In this document: in pieces, positions 8,297-19,205 of the stretch
Numbering within the stretch: the stretch's first letter is position 1
Layout of the letters: every line of letters begins with the position of its first letter
Assembly (NCBI GenBank): GCA_040326155.1
Contig: JBEQLE010000010.1
Coordinates: 9,454-73,453 of the forward strand
DNA length: 64,000 nt
Origin: Leptospirales bacterium
Lineage (GTDB): Bacteria; Spirochaetota; Leptospiria; Turneriellales; JAOUFE01
Direction of reading: 5' to 3'
The notes under the pieces: model-generated
Databases searched by the model: none
Told to the model about the DNA's origin: nothing
What the model saw: only the letters and a program-made list of their open reading frames with translations
Made by a program: the position numbers and the translations under genes

Positions 8297-9856
8297 ATGT
8301 CTTTTGATCTTTCATCTTATCAAGAAAAATACTCTGAACTGTTGCGTGACTACGATCATATTCAAGTGAACCTTGTCGATTATCCAAAAACTCCTTATAA
8401 TTTGGCGATTGCCACTGCGAGAACCTGCTATAGTTCGAAGGGTTTAATTTATCCTGACGACCTTGAAAAAAATGATAAATCAAGAGAGCTTCGCGACCGA
8501 ATTGCGCGTTCTACTCTCGAAGCCGGCCATGTTACAACTCGCCAGCACGCCCATTTTGTTTTCGCTATTTCCGGGGTTTCCCGAAACGTCATCTGGCAGT
8601 TTTTACACTCTCATCCCTATTATAATTCGGAACAGGTTTCGCAAAGGTATGTTCCCATAAAAGGCGGTGACTGGTTTTCTCTTCCCCCGTCTCTAAGAAC
8701 TGCCGAGGGAAACGCCCACATGGACTTTTGCATAAAGAGTTACCGCGAGCTTATTGAGGCTCTAACCGGCCCCGTCTCTGAGGTCTATTTTGATATATTT
8801 CGCAGCCGTAAGGTTAACCCTGAAAAGTACGCTAAAGATATCGAGAAAAAGTCGATGGAAGTGGCCCGGTATATTATGCCGCTTTCCACGACCGCTTATT
8901 TATACCACACCATAAGCGCGCTTACATTTTACCGCTACGCGAAAATGTTGGAGCGAAACCTGTTACCCGAAGCTACGGTACTGATTTTAAAAATGGCCGC
9001 AGAGCTTGAAAAGGTTGATCCTCTTTTGGTTTCTGAAATTCCGGAATCTCTGGAAAAAATTTCGAAAGAGTATGATCCTGCCATTGCCTCACGAAAAAAC
9101 CGTGAATTCGATGAACGTCTGAACAAAGAAAACCTTCGCTCGATGTTAATTTCTCACACCGGTGATATTGCAAACAAAATTCCCGAGATAGCAAATCTTA
9201 TGCGTGGTGGTTTTTCAGGCAATGCGGTCACATTACCCGAACTTCTGGACGCAGAAAAAAACAGTTATCTGTCGGATCCTCTATACCCGGTAACGCTCGA
9301 TGAAGATTCCCGTGTGTTGAATCATATGCATTTTACATTCATGAAAAAACTTTCCCACACCGCCGACTCCCAGGAACAACGCCACCGTACCCTTCCCGGT
9401 TCTCGTCCGGACCTTGCGGCCCAGGTCTCTCTTGAGAACGATTATATTATACCCGAAATTATAAAAGGCAACCCTGTTTTGTTATCTTTATACAATAATA
9501 TTATAGAAAAAAGTTTCGATGTTATTCGAGCAACTCACAAAAAAGGCATTCCACTTCACGATGTAACAAGCCTGCTGCCAAATGCTTTTCCCGTTCGTTT
9601 TTACGAGTCCGGTGACTACCTGAACTTTTTTCACAAGTGGAAGTCGAGACTCTGTTACAACGCCCAGGAAGAGATTTTTTATTCGACGCTCGATGAACTG
9701 AACCAGGTCGAAGCCGCCGTACCCGAACTTCGAGGTTTTATCGGCCCGCCTTGCGCCCTGCGTAAAACCACCAAACCGCGCTGCCCCGAAGGCGACCGCT
9801 ACTGCGGCGTCAAAGTCTGGAAACTTTCCCCGTCTGAATATAGCCGGGTTATATAG
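8297..9856 (+). CDS. thyX: FAD-dependent thymidylate synthase with tandem ThyX domains
   Basis: GHVTTRQHAHFVFAISGVSR, SEQVSQRY, EVARYIMP; second domain QEQRHRT, LLPNA, RLCYNAQEEI. Confidence 0.85.
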   Translation: MSFDLSSYQEKYSELLRDYDHIQVNLVDYPKTPYNLAIATARTCYSSKGLIYPDDLEKNDKSRELRDRIARSTLEAGHVTTRQHAHFVFAISGVSRNVIWQFLHSHPYYNSEQVSQRYVPIKGGDWFSLPPSLRTAEGNAHMDFCIKSYRELIEALTGPVSEVYFDIFRSRKVNPEKYAKDIEKKSMEVARYIMPLSTTAYLYHTISALTFYRYAKMLERNLLPEATVLILKMAAELEKVDPLLVSEIPESLEKISKEYDPAIASRKNREFDERLNKENLRSMLISHTGDIANKIPEIANLMRGGFSGNAVTLPELLDAEKNSYLSDPLYPVTLDEDSRVLNHMHFTFMKKLSHTADSQEQRHRTLPGSRPDLAAQVSLENDYIIPEIIKGNPVLLSLYNNIIEKSFDVIRATHKKGIPLHDVTSLLPNAFPVRFYESGDYLNFFHKWKSRLCYNAQEEIFYSTLDELNQVEAAVPELRGFIGPPCALRKTTKPRCPEGDRYCGVKVWKLSPSEYSRVI

Positions 9857-9886
9857 TCAACAAGGTAACCATTGGTTTGTCAGTGT

Positions 9887-10975
9887 TTATTTTCTAAGAA
9901 TCTTTTTCAAGGTTTCAATCAAGACACTGTTTTCGTCAGTTGAGCCGATGGAAATTCGCAGCATATTGTCGAGTTTTGAATTTGCAAAATGGCGAACCAG
10001 AATTTTCTCTTGTTTTAAAGCTTCCAGAAGGTTTACCGCAGTGGTTTTTTTCGGGGCTTCAGCCAATACAAAATTTGCCTGGGATGGCAATACGGTAAAA
10101 CCGAGATTTTCCAGGGAAGCCTGCATTTTTTTTCTCTCGGAAATTACCGCTTTCGTTGTTTTATGGAGCCAGGTTTCATCGCTTAGAGCGACCATGCCAA
10201 TTTCAAGAGCAACAAAATCTTCATTGTAAGAGTCTTTACCCGCCCGTATTCCACTCATAATGTAGGGGTTAGCCGACAGAAGGTATCCGGTTCTTAAAGC
10301 TGCCAGCGCGTGACTTTTCGAGAAAGTGCGGGTGACCACGCAGTTATCGTATTTGCTTAGTTTATGAATGAAGCTGTTTTTGTGTCCATCCGGGCTTTGT
10401 TCGACAAAGTCATTATAAGCCTCGTCAATGACCCAGAGCGCTTTCGAATTTTCAATAGCTCGTTCCAGTTTTTCAACCGAAGTAAATTCCCCTGTCGGGG
10501 CGTTCGGGTTCGGGAAAAAAATCATTTTAGCGTCGGTTTGCGCCAGAGCTTCGAGATCGACCATGTGACCATTTTTGGCTGGAATATATTCGAGCACGCC
10601 ATTTGCCGCCGAAACCAGGGTGTCATAAAGGCTATAGGTAAACTCGGGGGTAGCCACTCGATCGCCTGCGTCGAGAATAATTCGGCACAGCAGCGCCAGA
10701 GCTTCGTCGGAACCATTTGTAACTACGACTTGTTCCGGTTCTACATTATAATGGAGGGCCAGGGCGCTGCGCAACGGTTCTCCCATCGCATTGGGATATT
10801 TTCGAAAAGCCTCCGTGCACATTGCCAGCTCTTTCAGTTTTTGTTCGACTTTCGGTGACGGACTAAACGGATTTTCGTTCGTGTTTAGTTTTATCCAGTC
10901 GTCGCTTTCGGGTTGTTCCCCCGGAATGTATTCTTTAAATTTTTTAAAAATATGATTTCGATAGTCTGTTGCCAT
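9887..10975 (-). CDS. hisC: Histidinol-phosphate aminotransferase
   Basis: KLNTNENP, NGSDE, PNAPTG, IDEAY, RTFSK (PLP lysine). Confidence 0.93.
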   Translation of the reverse strand: MATDYRNHIFKKFKEYIPGEQPESDDWIKLNTNENPFSPSPKVEQKLKELAMCTEAFRKYPNAMGEPLRSALALHYNVEPEQVVVTNGSDEALALLCRIILDAGDRVATPEFTYSLYDTLVSAANGVLEYIPAKNGHMVDLEALAQTDAKMIFFPNPNAPTGEFTSVEKLERAIENSKALWVIDEAYNDFVEQSPDGHKNSFIHKLSKYDNCVVTRTFSKSHALAALRTGYLLSANPYIMSGIRAGKDSYNEDFVALEIGMVALSDETWLHKTTKAVISERKKMQASLENLGFTVLPSQANFVLAEAPKKTTAVNLLEALKQEKILVRHFANSKLDNMLRISIGSTDENSVLIETLKKILRK

Positions 10976-10994
10976 AGCATCCCCGAATAAGTTT

Positions 10995-11465
10995 TTATGT
11001 ATTCATGGAATTGTAATCATAATGCCAAGTCATTTTTGCGACCATTTTGATAAGTTTTTCATTCCACATGTAGCCCTGGTCTGTTTTTTCCAGTTTCTCG
11101 CCGAGGTCCATTTTAGCCTGTCGCGTAATTCTTGCCCAGCTCTTTAATCTTTTTAAACCAAGGTATATGCGTTCTTGTTCGTCGCATGTTAAAAATGCAC
11201 TGTCCGTGGTAATTTTTTCACCGGTTTCCAGAATAAAATTTTCTCGGTTTATATGTAGCACATTGACCAATGGTCCCTCAACCTGAACATAAACCTTTTC
11301 TGTCATTTCTTTAAACTCGTTTTCAATAAAAACCCCTTTGTGGTCGTATTGTAAATGCTGTTTAAAAAAAAGGAGTATTTGTTGATTTTCAATTTTCTGA
11401 GTATTGTTGAACCATTCACCGGATGAGTCTATACGTATTTTGCTATTAACCTCCCGAGGAGGCAT
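10995..11465 (-). CDS. Hypothetical protein, possibly DUF1285-like
   Basis: 156 aa ORF in operon position; IRIDSSGEWF resembles the DUF1285 N-terminus. Confidence 0.55.
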   Translation of the reverse strand: MPPREVNSKIRIDSSGEWFNNTQKIENQQILLFFKQHLQYDHKGVFIENEFKEMTEKVYVQVEGPLVNVLHINRENFILETGEKITTDSAFLTCDEQERIYLGLKRLKSWARITRQAKMDLGEKLEKTDQGYMWNEKLIKMVAKMTWHYDYNSMNT

Positions 11466-13021
11466 TAGACCCTTTCCATAATGGTATTCAATTCCAAAGC
11501 GCTTCGACGAATTTCACGCGACAGAGTTTCGAGCCTTTCAGAGTTGTGCTCAATGACCTGAGCCTTCTTATTCATATCTTTCATCTCAATAAGTATATTA
11601 TCTTTTGTCTCAATTTGCTTGTCGGTTAAATCACTAATACTACTCGCCATACCCTTAAGGTCAGTAATGAGGTCTTTGCCATTGGTGGCTTTTTCACTAC
11701 TTTCTTTGGCAAGCGTACTGATTTCATGCAAGAAGTCTTCCACTTCTGACATATTATCTGCAATTTGTAGAAAAGAGTGAGCAAGTCTGTTCACTAGATC
11801 ACTACTGATGTCCACTTTTTCGATCTCTTCAGCGACGAGTTCAGAAATGGTAGAGGCTGAGTCTGTGGTTCGCTCGGCCAGTTTACTAATTTCTTCAGCA
11901 ACAACGGCAAAACCACGACCATATTGCCCGGCGCGCGCTGCCTCAATAGAGGCATTCAAGGAGAGCATATTCACTTTCTCAGCAATTTGCTGAATGGTAA
12001 TGTTCATATTCTCAATTTTATCCGTGCTGGACTTTACTTCTGATACGGCAAAAAGTGTTTCCCGAACAGTGGTAACCCCGAAGTTTGCTTCTTTGGAAGT
12101 TTCTTGAACTTTTGATTCATACCGAATCGATTTATCGGTCAGTTTTGCCAAAGAGTCGTTGACCTCATTTAAACTATTCGCAGCTTTTCCCACCATTTCT
12201 TTCTGGGTCTTTGCCGAAAGTGCTATATCTTCCGTATGAACACCTGCTGAAGTAAGCGAGTTCATACCTTTGTTAATGGTTTTAACGGTTCCTGTGGCAT
12301 TATACCTCAGGTCAACACTCATCTGGTGTAGAAACTCGGATGATTTCGATAAGGAATCGGTAAGCTGAGTCGACTGAATAATACGTTGCATTTTTTCAAC
12401 CTGAACTCTACGTTTTTCAGCTTCTTTACCAGATATCTCAAGTGAAGTATCCATAATTGATCTTAAAATAGACAGAACGATGGAGGAGAGTAAAATTGAA
12501 AATGTTATAATGGCCATACCGGCTTTTGCAGCTTGAAGAGGTTGCTCTGTTAATACGGGGATGGCTCGGTAATAGTAAAATATTAAGGCGCCAAGAAATA
12601 ACGCGGCAATTGTAAAAATAAACCTTTTCCAGGCAAACAGAGCGGCAAAGATCAATACGGAGATCATTAAATAAGGATATGTTGTAAAACCGACAATTTC
12701 TTCGCTACCCAGTTTTGTAATCAGCCCTACAATGACTACCGCTGTAAGAACAAACAATAAAATATGGGATCCCAGGTAAAAATAACCCATAACCAGAAGG
12801 ACTAAAGCTACAATGGCGGCCGTACCGACAGCAAAAATTGCTGGAGCTGCAATCTCCAATCGTTCTGGTATTTCAACTGCATACCAAAGATATAAAAACA
12901 ACTGGGCCAGAGACAGAACTATCGTAAAAATCAGAAATACACGGGCTTTACGTATGGAAACATAATCCCGGCCTTCATACTTATATAATATTTTATCGCG
13001 GAATGCGGCTAGTACTTCCAT
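11465..13021 (-). CDS. Methyl-accepting chemotaxis protein
   Basis: Multi-TM N-terminus; signalling hairpin [32 protein letters not shown]. Confidence 0.93.
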   Translation of the reverse strand: MEVLAAFRDKILYKYEGRDYVSIRKARVFLIFTIVLSLAQLFLYLWYAVEIPERLEIAAPAIFAVGTAAIVALVLLVMGYFYLGSHILLFVLTAVVIVGLITKLGSEEIVGFTTYPYLMISVLIFAALFAWKRFIFTIAALFLGALIFYYYRAIPVLTEQPLQAAKAGMAIITFSILLSSIVLSILRSIMDTSLEISGKEAEKRRVQVEKMQRIIQSTQLTDSLSKSSEFLHQMSVDLRYNATGTVKTINKGMNSLTSAGVHTEDIALSAKTQKEMVGKAANSLNEVNDSLAKLTDKSIRYESKVQETSKEANFGVTTVRETLFAVSEVKSSTDKIENMNITIQQIAEKVNMLSLNASIEAARAGQYGRGFAVVAEEISKLAERTTDSASTISELVAEEIEKVDISSDLVNRLAHSFLQIADNMSEVEDFLHEISTLAKESSEKATNGKDLITDLKGMASSISDLTDKQIETKDNILIEMKDMNKKAQVIEHNSERLETLSREIRRSALELNTIMERV

Positions 13022-13166
13022 ACTTTTCCATTATCGGTTCTTTTGCTTAGATACTTCATTGAATCTTGTCCTTGTCTACCTATTTATTGCAAATAAACTA
13101 ACTACTATGTAAACACATTTTTTGAATAATCATTGCCATCAGGTCGTAAGAGGTAGAAACGGGGGG

Positions 13167-14084
13167 ATGCTGCGGACCATCATGGTACGTCTTTTTTCAC
13201 TGGTTTTTTTGTTTGTGTTTTTAACCTTTATCGGACTGGCGATGCAAAAAAGCCGGGCAGGTTCGGCAGCTCTGGTTTTGTCGGGCCAGAGAGCGGACGG
13301 AGCCGAAATTGAAAAGCTTCGTCAAGATCTCGGTGAAAACGACAGTTTTGGACGAACATTCTTATACTCTTTAAAAAAAGTAGCTACTTTCAACTTTGGC
13401 AACACCATCCGAGACCAACCGGTTATGCCAATGGTTTGGCAGGGTTTTCGGCATACTTTTGTGCTGGCCTTCTGGGCGGCTATTTTTGCCCTGTTTTACG
13501 GACTTTTCATGGGAATTTCAGGAAGAATTTACCTGAAGTTGAAAGCCAGGGCGATGAAATTAAATTATTTCTTGCTATCGGTCCCCATTTTTATTGTATC
13601 TTTATTATTACTCTGGGTGTTTTCATTGACTTTTTCTGTTTTTCCACCAGGAGGAACGGCAGGTCATTTTTGGTTTGTTTTGCCGGCGCTTGCTCTGGGT
13701 ATTAAATCTGGCGCACGCCTTGCCCTGTTTACCGATGAATTTATCGATCGAGAAGCAAAAAAGCCGTATGTATTGACGGCAAGGGCTTCGGGCATACCAT
13801 CCTGGAAAATATACTCATTTTTTGTGGTAAAAAATATGCTATTACCGCTTTTATCTTTCTGGTTGCTTGAATTCGGCTCTTACCTGGCCGGAGCCGCCAT
13901 TGTGGAAACTATTTTCAGCGTTCCGGGAATCGGGAGTTTATTGCTTCGCGCCCTGATGCAATACGACTTGAACTTGATTTTAGGGGCTCTGGTGTTTATT
14001 GCGGTTTTAATTTTTACAATTACTATTATTCAGGAAATTCTTGATAAAATTTATGCAAAATATACCTCTGAACAAGCGATATAA
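13167..14084 (+). CDS. ABC transporter permease (DppB/OppB family)
   Basis: YVLTARASG EAA-like loop, AIVETIFSVPGIG; start uncertain. Confidence 0.88.
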   Translation: MLRTIMVRLFSLVFLFVFLTFIGLAMQKSRAGSAALVLSGQRADGAEIEKLRQDLGENDSFGRTFLYSLKKVATFNFGNTIRDQPVMPMVWQGFRHTFVLAFWAAIFALFYGLFMGISGRIYLKLKARAMKLNYFLLSVPIFIVSLLLLWVFSLTFSVFPPGGTAGHFWFVLPALALGIKSGARLALFTDEFIDREAKKPYVLTARASGIPSWKIYSFFVVKNMLLPLLSFWLLEFGSYLAGAAIVETIFSVPGIGSLLLRALMQYDLNLILGALVFIAVLIFTITIIQEILDKIYAKYTSEQAI

Positions 14085-14850
14085 AAAACAGGTCTGGGCG
14101 ATATCCTTTTTTGGATTTTTTGCCATAGCATCTGTTTTTATAAGCTCACCCGATGTGAACGCCTCTTTAGCGTATGTTTCGCCTTATTTTAAAGGCCTGG
14201 GAGATTTCTCAGTTTTCGGGTTCTCCCCGCTGGGCGAGTCCGTTGCCTCTTTACTTGTATGGGGTTTCTGGCAAACTATTTTTATCGCCTTTTCTGGACG
14301 GTTTCTAGCTATTGTACTGGTATTTGTGGGGTCTGCGGCAGCTTCGGTAGGCGGTAAAAGCGCTCATTTCGTTATAACCAGAATTTGTGAAGCTTTTATG
14401 ACACTTCCTTCTTTGTTAATCGCTCTGTCGTTGGGCTTTATATTGGGTGAGGGAGCCTATGTAATGATTCTTGTTATTGGAATTTCCGAATGGGCTTTTA
14501 ACCAGAAATGGATGCTGGGCAGGTTGCATGAATATGAGCGACACGATTATATTATGGCCAGCCGTCTCCTGGGAGCAGGGCCATTGCATCTTTTTTTCAG
14601 ACAGCATTTTCCTTTAATGCGGGCTGACCTCGGGGTTTTGTTTTTTTTATATTTACCAGGCAGTCTGTTAACCGTCGCAGCTCTCGAATTTCTAGGTCTA
14701 TCGACAGGCGCTGGTATTCCCGGTCTGGGTTATCAGGTTGCTTTAAATAAAGACGTGGTGTTTTTATATCCCCACACAATATTGCCCTCGGGTGTTTTAA
14801 TTGTGCTTACCGTATTTGTGACAAACCACATGAGGAACAAGAGTGCTTGA
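14053..14850 (+). CDS. ABC transporter permease (DppC/OppC family)
   Basis: DYIMASRLLGAG, AALEFLGL; start uncertain. Confidence 0.85.
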   Translation: MQNIPLNKRYKKQVWAISFFGFFAIASVFISSPDVNASLAYVSPYFKGLGDFSVFGFSPLGESVASLLVWGFWQTIFIAFSGRFLAIVLVFVGSAAASVGGKSAHFVITRICEAFMTLPSLLIALSLGFILGEGAYVMILVIGISEWAFNQKWMLGRLHEYERHDYIMASRLLGAGPLHLFFRQHFPLMRADLGVLFFLYLPGSLLTVAALEFLGLSTGAGIPGLGYQVALNKDVVFLYPHTILPSGVLIVLTVFVTNHMRNKSA

Positions 14851-15670
14851 AAGAGTAAGTGAACGAATAGGCATCGTTACAGGTTCAGGAAAGTTGCCGG
14901 GTATTGCAGTCTCCGAAGCGTTATTGGGCAGTGTTCCTTTTAAAGTGTATACAACAGACGATTCTGTGAAATTACCGAGCGTAACCTATGACATCGAATC
15001 GGTAAAAATAGAAAAATTCGGACGCCTGTTAAAACTTTTAAAAAAAGATAAAATTACACAACTGGTTATTCTCGGAAAAATGTATAAAGATGTTTTACTA
15101 AGAGACATCGGATTCGATCTAAAAGCTCTCTCGGTAATTCGTAAAATGAAAAACAAATCGGACCATACCCTTTACACCGCAATCGCAACAGAAATAGAAA
15201 AAGCGGGCATTGAAATTTTGCCGCAAACATCGTTGTTAAAAACTCTGGTAGCACAAGAAAAGTTTTATACAAAAGGAAAACTGTCAAAAGAGCAACAGTC
15301 CGACATCGACTTTGGCCTCGTCCAGGCTGTAAAGCTTAGTGAACTCGACATTGGCCAGACGGTTGTAGTCTCCAGAGGTATAGTACTCGCAGTTGAAGCC
15401 CTGGAGGGAACCGACGCAACAATTCGCAGAGGCGGGAGCCTTGCAAAACAGGGTTCGGCAGTGGTATGCAAAGCGACTCGCACAACCCAGGACATCCGTT
15501 TCGATATACCAACCATAGGCCTTACAACACTGAAAACCATGCAAAAATATAATTGCACCGTACTAGCCGTCGAGGCGGGCCGAACTCTACTGGTCGACCA
15601 ACAAAAAATGGTTGAGACCGCTGAAAAATCTGGAATAATCATTGTCGCTAAATCAATTCTACGAAGGTAA
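14843..15670 (+). CDS. lpxI: UDP-2,3-diacylglucosamine diphosphatase LpxI
   Basis: GSGKLP, DIGQTVVV, AVEALEGTD, QDIRFDIPTIG. Confidence 0.92.
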   Translation: MLERVSERIGIVTGSGKLPGIAVSEALLGSVPFKVYTTDDSVKLPSVTYDIESVKIEKFGRLLKLLKKDKITQLVILGKMYKDVLLRDIGFDLKALSVIRKMKNKSDHTLYTAIATEIEKAGIEILPQTSLLKTLVAQEKFYTKGKLSKEQQSDIDFGLVQAVKLSELDIGQTVVVSRGIVLAVEALEGTDATIRRGGSLAKQGSAVVCKATRTTQDIRFDIPTIGLTTLKTMQKYNCTVLAVEAGRTLLVDQQKMVETAEKSGIIIVAKSILRR

Positions 15671-15758
15671 ACTGCTTGGGGGGGAGGTAGCGTAATAACG
15701 TCGATTCTCTGTTGTATTACGACGAACTTCAAAATAAAAACCATTTCCAGTAAAATAC

Positions 15759-15780
15759 GCGGGGGGAAACTTTCCCCCGC
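15759..15780. repeat. G-run/C-run hairpin (dispersed family member)
   Basis: GCGGGGGGAAACTTTCCCCCGC. Confidence 0.5.
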
Positions 15781-15856
15781 CTGCTATTTCTTAAAATGTA
15801 AAAAAAGACCAACAAATTGTTAAATAATCGTTTACAGGCACGTCCTAGTTATCAGC

Positions 15857-16156
15857 ATGTTTGAAGAACTTACAAAAGAAGGTTCCCTTATGGAAGAAAC
15901 CAGCATTCGTCCTGCTTATGTAGAAGCATACCAGTATACATTATCAAATAAAAAACTGTTATCCACAGATTCTCTGTGTGGGTGTTACCATTGTTTAAAG
16001 GTTTTTAACCCTTCGGCGATAACACAATGGATATCAGACGCGGTAGATGGCACAGCGGTTTGCCCTCATTGTGGAATTGACTCCGTTTTAGGAAAAAATT
16101 CAGGATTTCCCATTGAATCGGAATTTTTGCAAAAAATGCACAACCACTGGCTATAA
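15857..16156 (+). CDS. Small Cys-rich, probably Zn-binding hypothetical protein
   Basis: CGCYHC and CPHCGIDSV motifs. Confidence 0.75.
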   Translation: MFEELTKEGSLMEETSIRPAYVEAYQYTLSNKKLLSTDSLCGCYHCLKVFNPSAITQWISDAVDGTAVCPHCGIDSVLGKNSGFPIESEFLQKMHNHWL

Positions 16157-16301
16157 CTCGACTTAGAATAATTCTTACTCCAATTTCTCTGTTGAACTTT
16201 CCCGAATAAAAACTACTATCTGGTACATGGGTTTGAAAAAACTCTTGATGCGATGTCTTTAAAATAGACTTCATCGGCTTCGTGTAAAGGGAGTAAGTTT
16301 T

Positions 16302-17204
16302 ATGAGTACTGATGGCGGAACAAAAGCAATTATTTATGCATTCTCAGCAAATCTTGGTATCGGAATTACCAAAACCATAGCAGCCGTTATAACGGGCTCA
16401 GGTTCGATGATCGCAGAGGCTATTCACTCCTATGCCGATTGCACCAACCAGCTGTTGCTGTTTTTAGGTCTGAGGCAGGCTGATCGTCCTGCTACGGCAA
16501 AAAATCCATTGGGTCATGGTAAAGCAATTTACTTCTGGTCGTTTATTGTCGCCATTTTGCTTTTTAGTATGGGTGGGATGTTTTCACTATATCAAGGCAT
16601 CCAAAAATTATTTCATCCCCACGAGATGAGCAGCCCCTTCATAGCCCTGGGTGTTCTTGCCGTTTCCATAGTTCTCGAAGGCCTTGCACTTCGCGGTGTC
16701 ATGAAGGCCATCGAACCAGACCGTAAGGAAAGATCTTACTGGAGATGGTTTAAAGAGTCCCGGCAAAGCCAGTTTATTGTAATTTTTGCAGAGGACTTCG
16801 CCGCTCTGCTTGGTCTGATTTTTGCTTTTTTTGCAGTTCTGGCGGCCTACCTGACAGGCAACCCGATGTATGACAGCATTGGAACCATCGCCATCGGAAC
16901 TCTGTTAATTCTAGTCGCTGCTCTGGTTGGAGTCGAGGTAAAAAGCCTTCTAATCGGTGAATCGGCCTCAAAAGAAGAAGAAAAAGCGATTACCAAATTA
17001 ATCAATGCAGACTCCGCAGTAAAAAAAGTTCTGCATCTAATTACCATTGAACACGGCCCCAGTATGGTCGTTGCCATTAAAGTCCACATGGAACCATCGA
17101 CTTCTAAAAAAATGATCGATAATATTAACCGCCTGGAAAAAGAGTTAAAGAAGTTAAACCCCCGTATACGTCAGACATTTTTTGAGCCAGATTTTAAAAA
17201 ATAA
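16302..17204 (+). CDS. Cation diffusion facilitator family transporter
   Basis: SGSMIAEAIHSYAD, EDFAAL, six TM helices plus C-terminal domain. Confidence 0.92.
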   Translation: MSTDGGTKAIIYAFSANLGIGITKTIAAVITGSGSMIAEAIHSYADCTNQLLLFLGLRQADRPATAKNPLGHGKAIYFWSFIVAILLFSMGGMFSLYQGIQKLFHPHEMSSPFIALGVLAVSIVLEGLALRGVMKAIEPDRKERSYWRWFKESRQSQFIVIFAEDFAALLGLIFAFFAVLAAYLTGNPMYDSIGTIAIGTLLILVAALVGVEVKSLLIGESASKEEEKAITKLINADSAVKKVLHLITIEHGPSMVVAIKVHMEPSTSKKMIDNINRLEKELKKLNPRIRQTFFEPDFKK

Positions 17205-17327
17205 TATTAACCCAGATTTTGCGGGCCCGGTTCTACGCTCCCATTTTTATATTATTGTGGGAATCGCGATACAAGCGCGTAGGCATGAGCAGGAAAAGAT
17301 TTGTTGAGTGCAGAAATCTAGGCAATG

Positions 17328-18806
17328 TTATAGATTTATCGATTTATTCCATTCTGCCATTGCAACCGTGATCGTACTTTCTAACCAATCGTGAAAACGT
17401 TTCAATGTATTATCCTGTGTTTCTGCATAATTAAACTGGAATAAGTCAGGTGAACCAGGCTGTACATTGACCAGTTCGGTTGCAGTGGGTTCGTCCTTTG
17501 GAATACGCTGAGATGTGAAGGAAGTAGCCGCCATAATACCATTATTACTTTGGCCATAGCCATGAAAACTAATGATAAATTCAAACCTTTTCTCTGTTTG
17601 AATTATTAGTCTGATATAAGATTTATAATTGTCAAAATTGGCAAAGTAATCAAATTTATTTGCTATTTGAATAATTTCATAATGATAATAGTGGCTTTTC
17701 AAATCATCGTTTAAAGCTGAGAATGTGTTTGCAAAGAATTTTTTTCCTGGTAATGATATATCCTGTAATTGTTTATCGATCACATTACCTATCTTATCCA
17801 GTTCACCAACCGCATTGTTGTGTAACGCCTTTGCTATAATATAAACATCATTTAATTTGTCACGTTGTGCTTTATATTTATTTTTTAAAGCTGTAATAGC
17901 AGTACTGATAATTTGCTCAGAATGTTTTGATTGTTCTACTTGTTTTTGAATTTCCATAGCAGAAAGAATAGCATCTCTTTGCCTTTTTACAAAAAGTTTT
18001 ATCAGGAATTCTAATTTACCTTCGTCTGCGGACTCAAGAGCCTCAATATACTCCCGTCTTTCCTGGTCCCGAATGACCAATGGGAAAAGACCCTTTCTTA
18101 AAAATACTAGAGTTGCTAATGCACGAGCTACACGACCGTTCCCATCTTGAAATGGATGAATTTGTGTGAAGCGGTGGTGCAACCATGCTGATAGAATTTC
18201 TGGAGGCACTTCATCTTCAAGCTCTGCATACCATTTTACCAAATTTTCCATTTCATCACGAACCAATTCGGGTGGGCAATAAAAATGCATTTCTCCATCT
18301 GGTCTTCTAGGATTATTTTCTTGTTTTTTATACTCACCTTTTAATAATTTAACCGGAACTTTTTTTCCGTCACTAGTTAGAGCAATTGTTGTCTCCTGAT
18401 TTTTAGTAAATTCTGCATGAATAGATCGTATAAAATGTTCATTTAATGGCTGTTCTCCTTTAACGTATGAGAAGAGTCCCTCAACAATATTATATTGATC
18501 ATCAATTAGAATTTTAACATTTTCAGCCTCATCTTTGAGCAAACCTCCTTTATGGGAAATTAGTGATGAATCAATACCTTGCTCTATTAATAATTCAGTA
18601 ACTCCTCGATCCCAGGTATATAAGCGTTCAATGATGCCGGTTTCAATGGCCCATTCTCGTTGTAATTTTTTAATAAATTCCTGATATTCGTTTGATTGCT
18701 CAAGTTCACCTTTCTTTTCATTCCAGATATCACATAGAGCTTGAAGTTCAGTAGACTTTAAATTAAATACATTTTTAGCTAATTTACTTACATTGTTATA
18801 TTTCAT
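17328..18806 (-). CDS. Fic family protein
   Basis: Canonical HPFQDGNGRVAR motif; N-terminal AIETGIIER; start uncertain. Confidence 0.9.
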   Translation of the reverse strand: MKYNNVSKLAKNVFNLKSTELQALCDIWNEKKGELEQSNEYQEFIKKLQREWAIETGIIERLYTWDRGVTELLIEQGIDSSLISHKGGLLKDEAENVKILIDDQYNIVEGLFSYVKGEQPLNEHFIRSIHAEFTKNQETTIALTSDGKKVPVKLLKGEYKKQENNPRRPDGEMHFYCPPELVRDEMENLVKWYAELEDEVPPEILSAWLHHRFTQIHPFQDGNGRVARALATLVFLRKGLFPLVIRDQERREYIEALESADEGKLEFLIKLFVKRQRDAILSAMEIQKQVEQSKHSEQIISTAITALKNKYKAQRDKLNDVYIIAKALHNNAVGELDKIGNVIDKQLQDISLPGKKFFANTFSALNDDLKSHYYHYEIIQIANKFDYFANFDNYKSYIRLIIQTEKRFEFIISFHGYGQSNNGIMAATSFTSQRIPKDEPTATELVNVQPGSPDLFQFNYAETQDNTLKRFHDWLESTITVAMAEWNKSINL

Positions 18807-19205
18807 AAAGTACAACTACATTGGGTTAGGTTAACCTATATACATATAATTCGCCGAACAGTAAATTTTTACCTTATCGCACTTAACTCTGCCTCCACCC
18901 AACAATCGCAAAAAATAATTGAATTTTCTTGTGAACTAAAACCGATATCAAACTACTTTCCGATGGGGTTGCCCCTTCTTATAAACCAAAAATCACCAAA
19001 CTTTATGGTGAGGGTTAACTTAGAAAACATTTTCATTCGGGACGTTTGCAGATGGTATTTTTAATAGAAAATTATCATGAGATGATAACCAATTAGATCC
19101 ATATTCAATTGTATAATTATGCCAGGGGGTTTATCTGTGTTGGAAGTTAGTTGACACTTGGTTGTAACATTACTTACTAGTCAAAATCAACAATATGGAG
19201 TGACT

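Noticed and set aside
7327..9856. DUF368 and thyX as part of the RiPP cluster (e.g. as exporter)
   Set aside because: Co-oriented and close, but both are widespread housekeeping families with no specific link visible. Not excluded without synteny data.
13167..14850. Dpp/Opp permeases as the RiPP transporter
   Set aside because: About 6 kb away, importer-type and coupled to lpxI.
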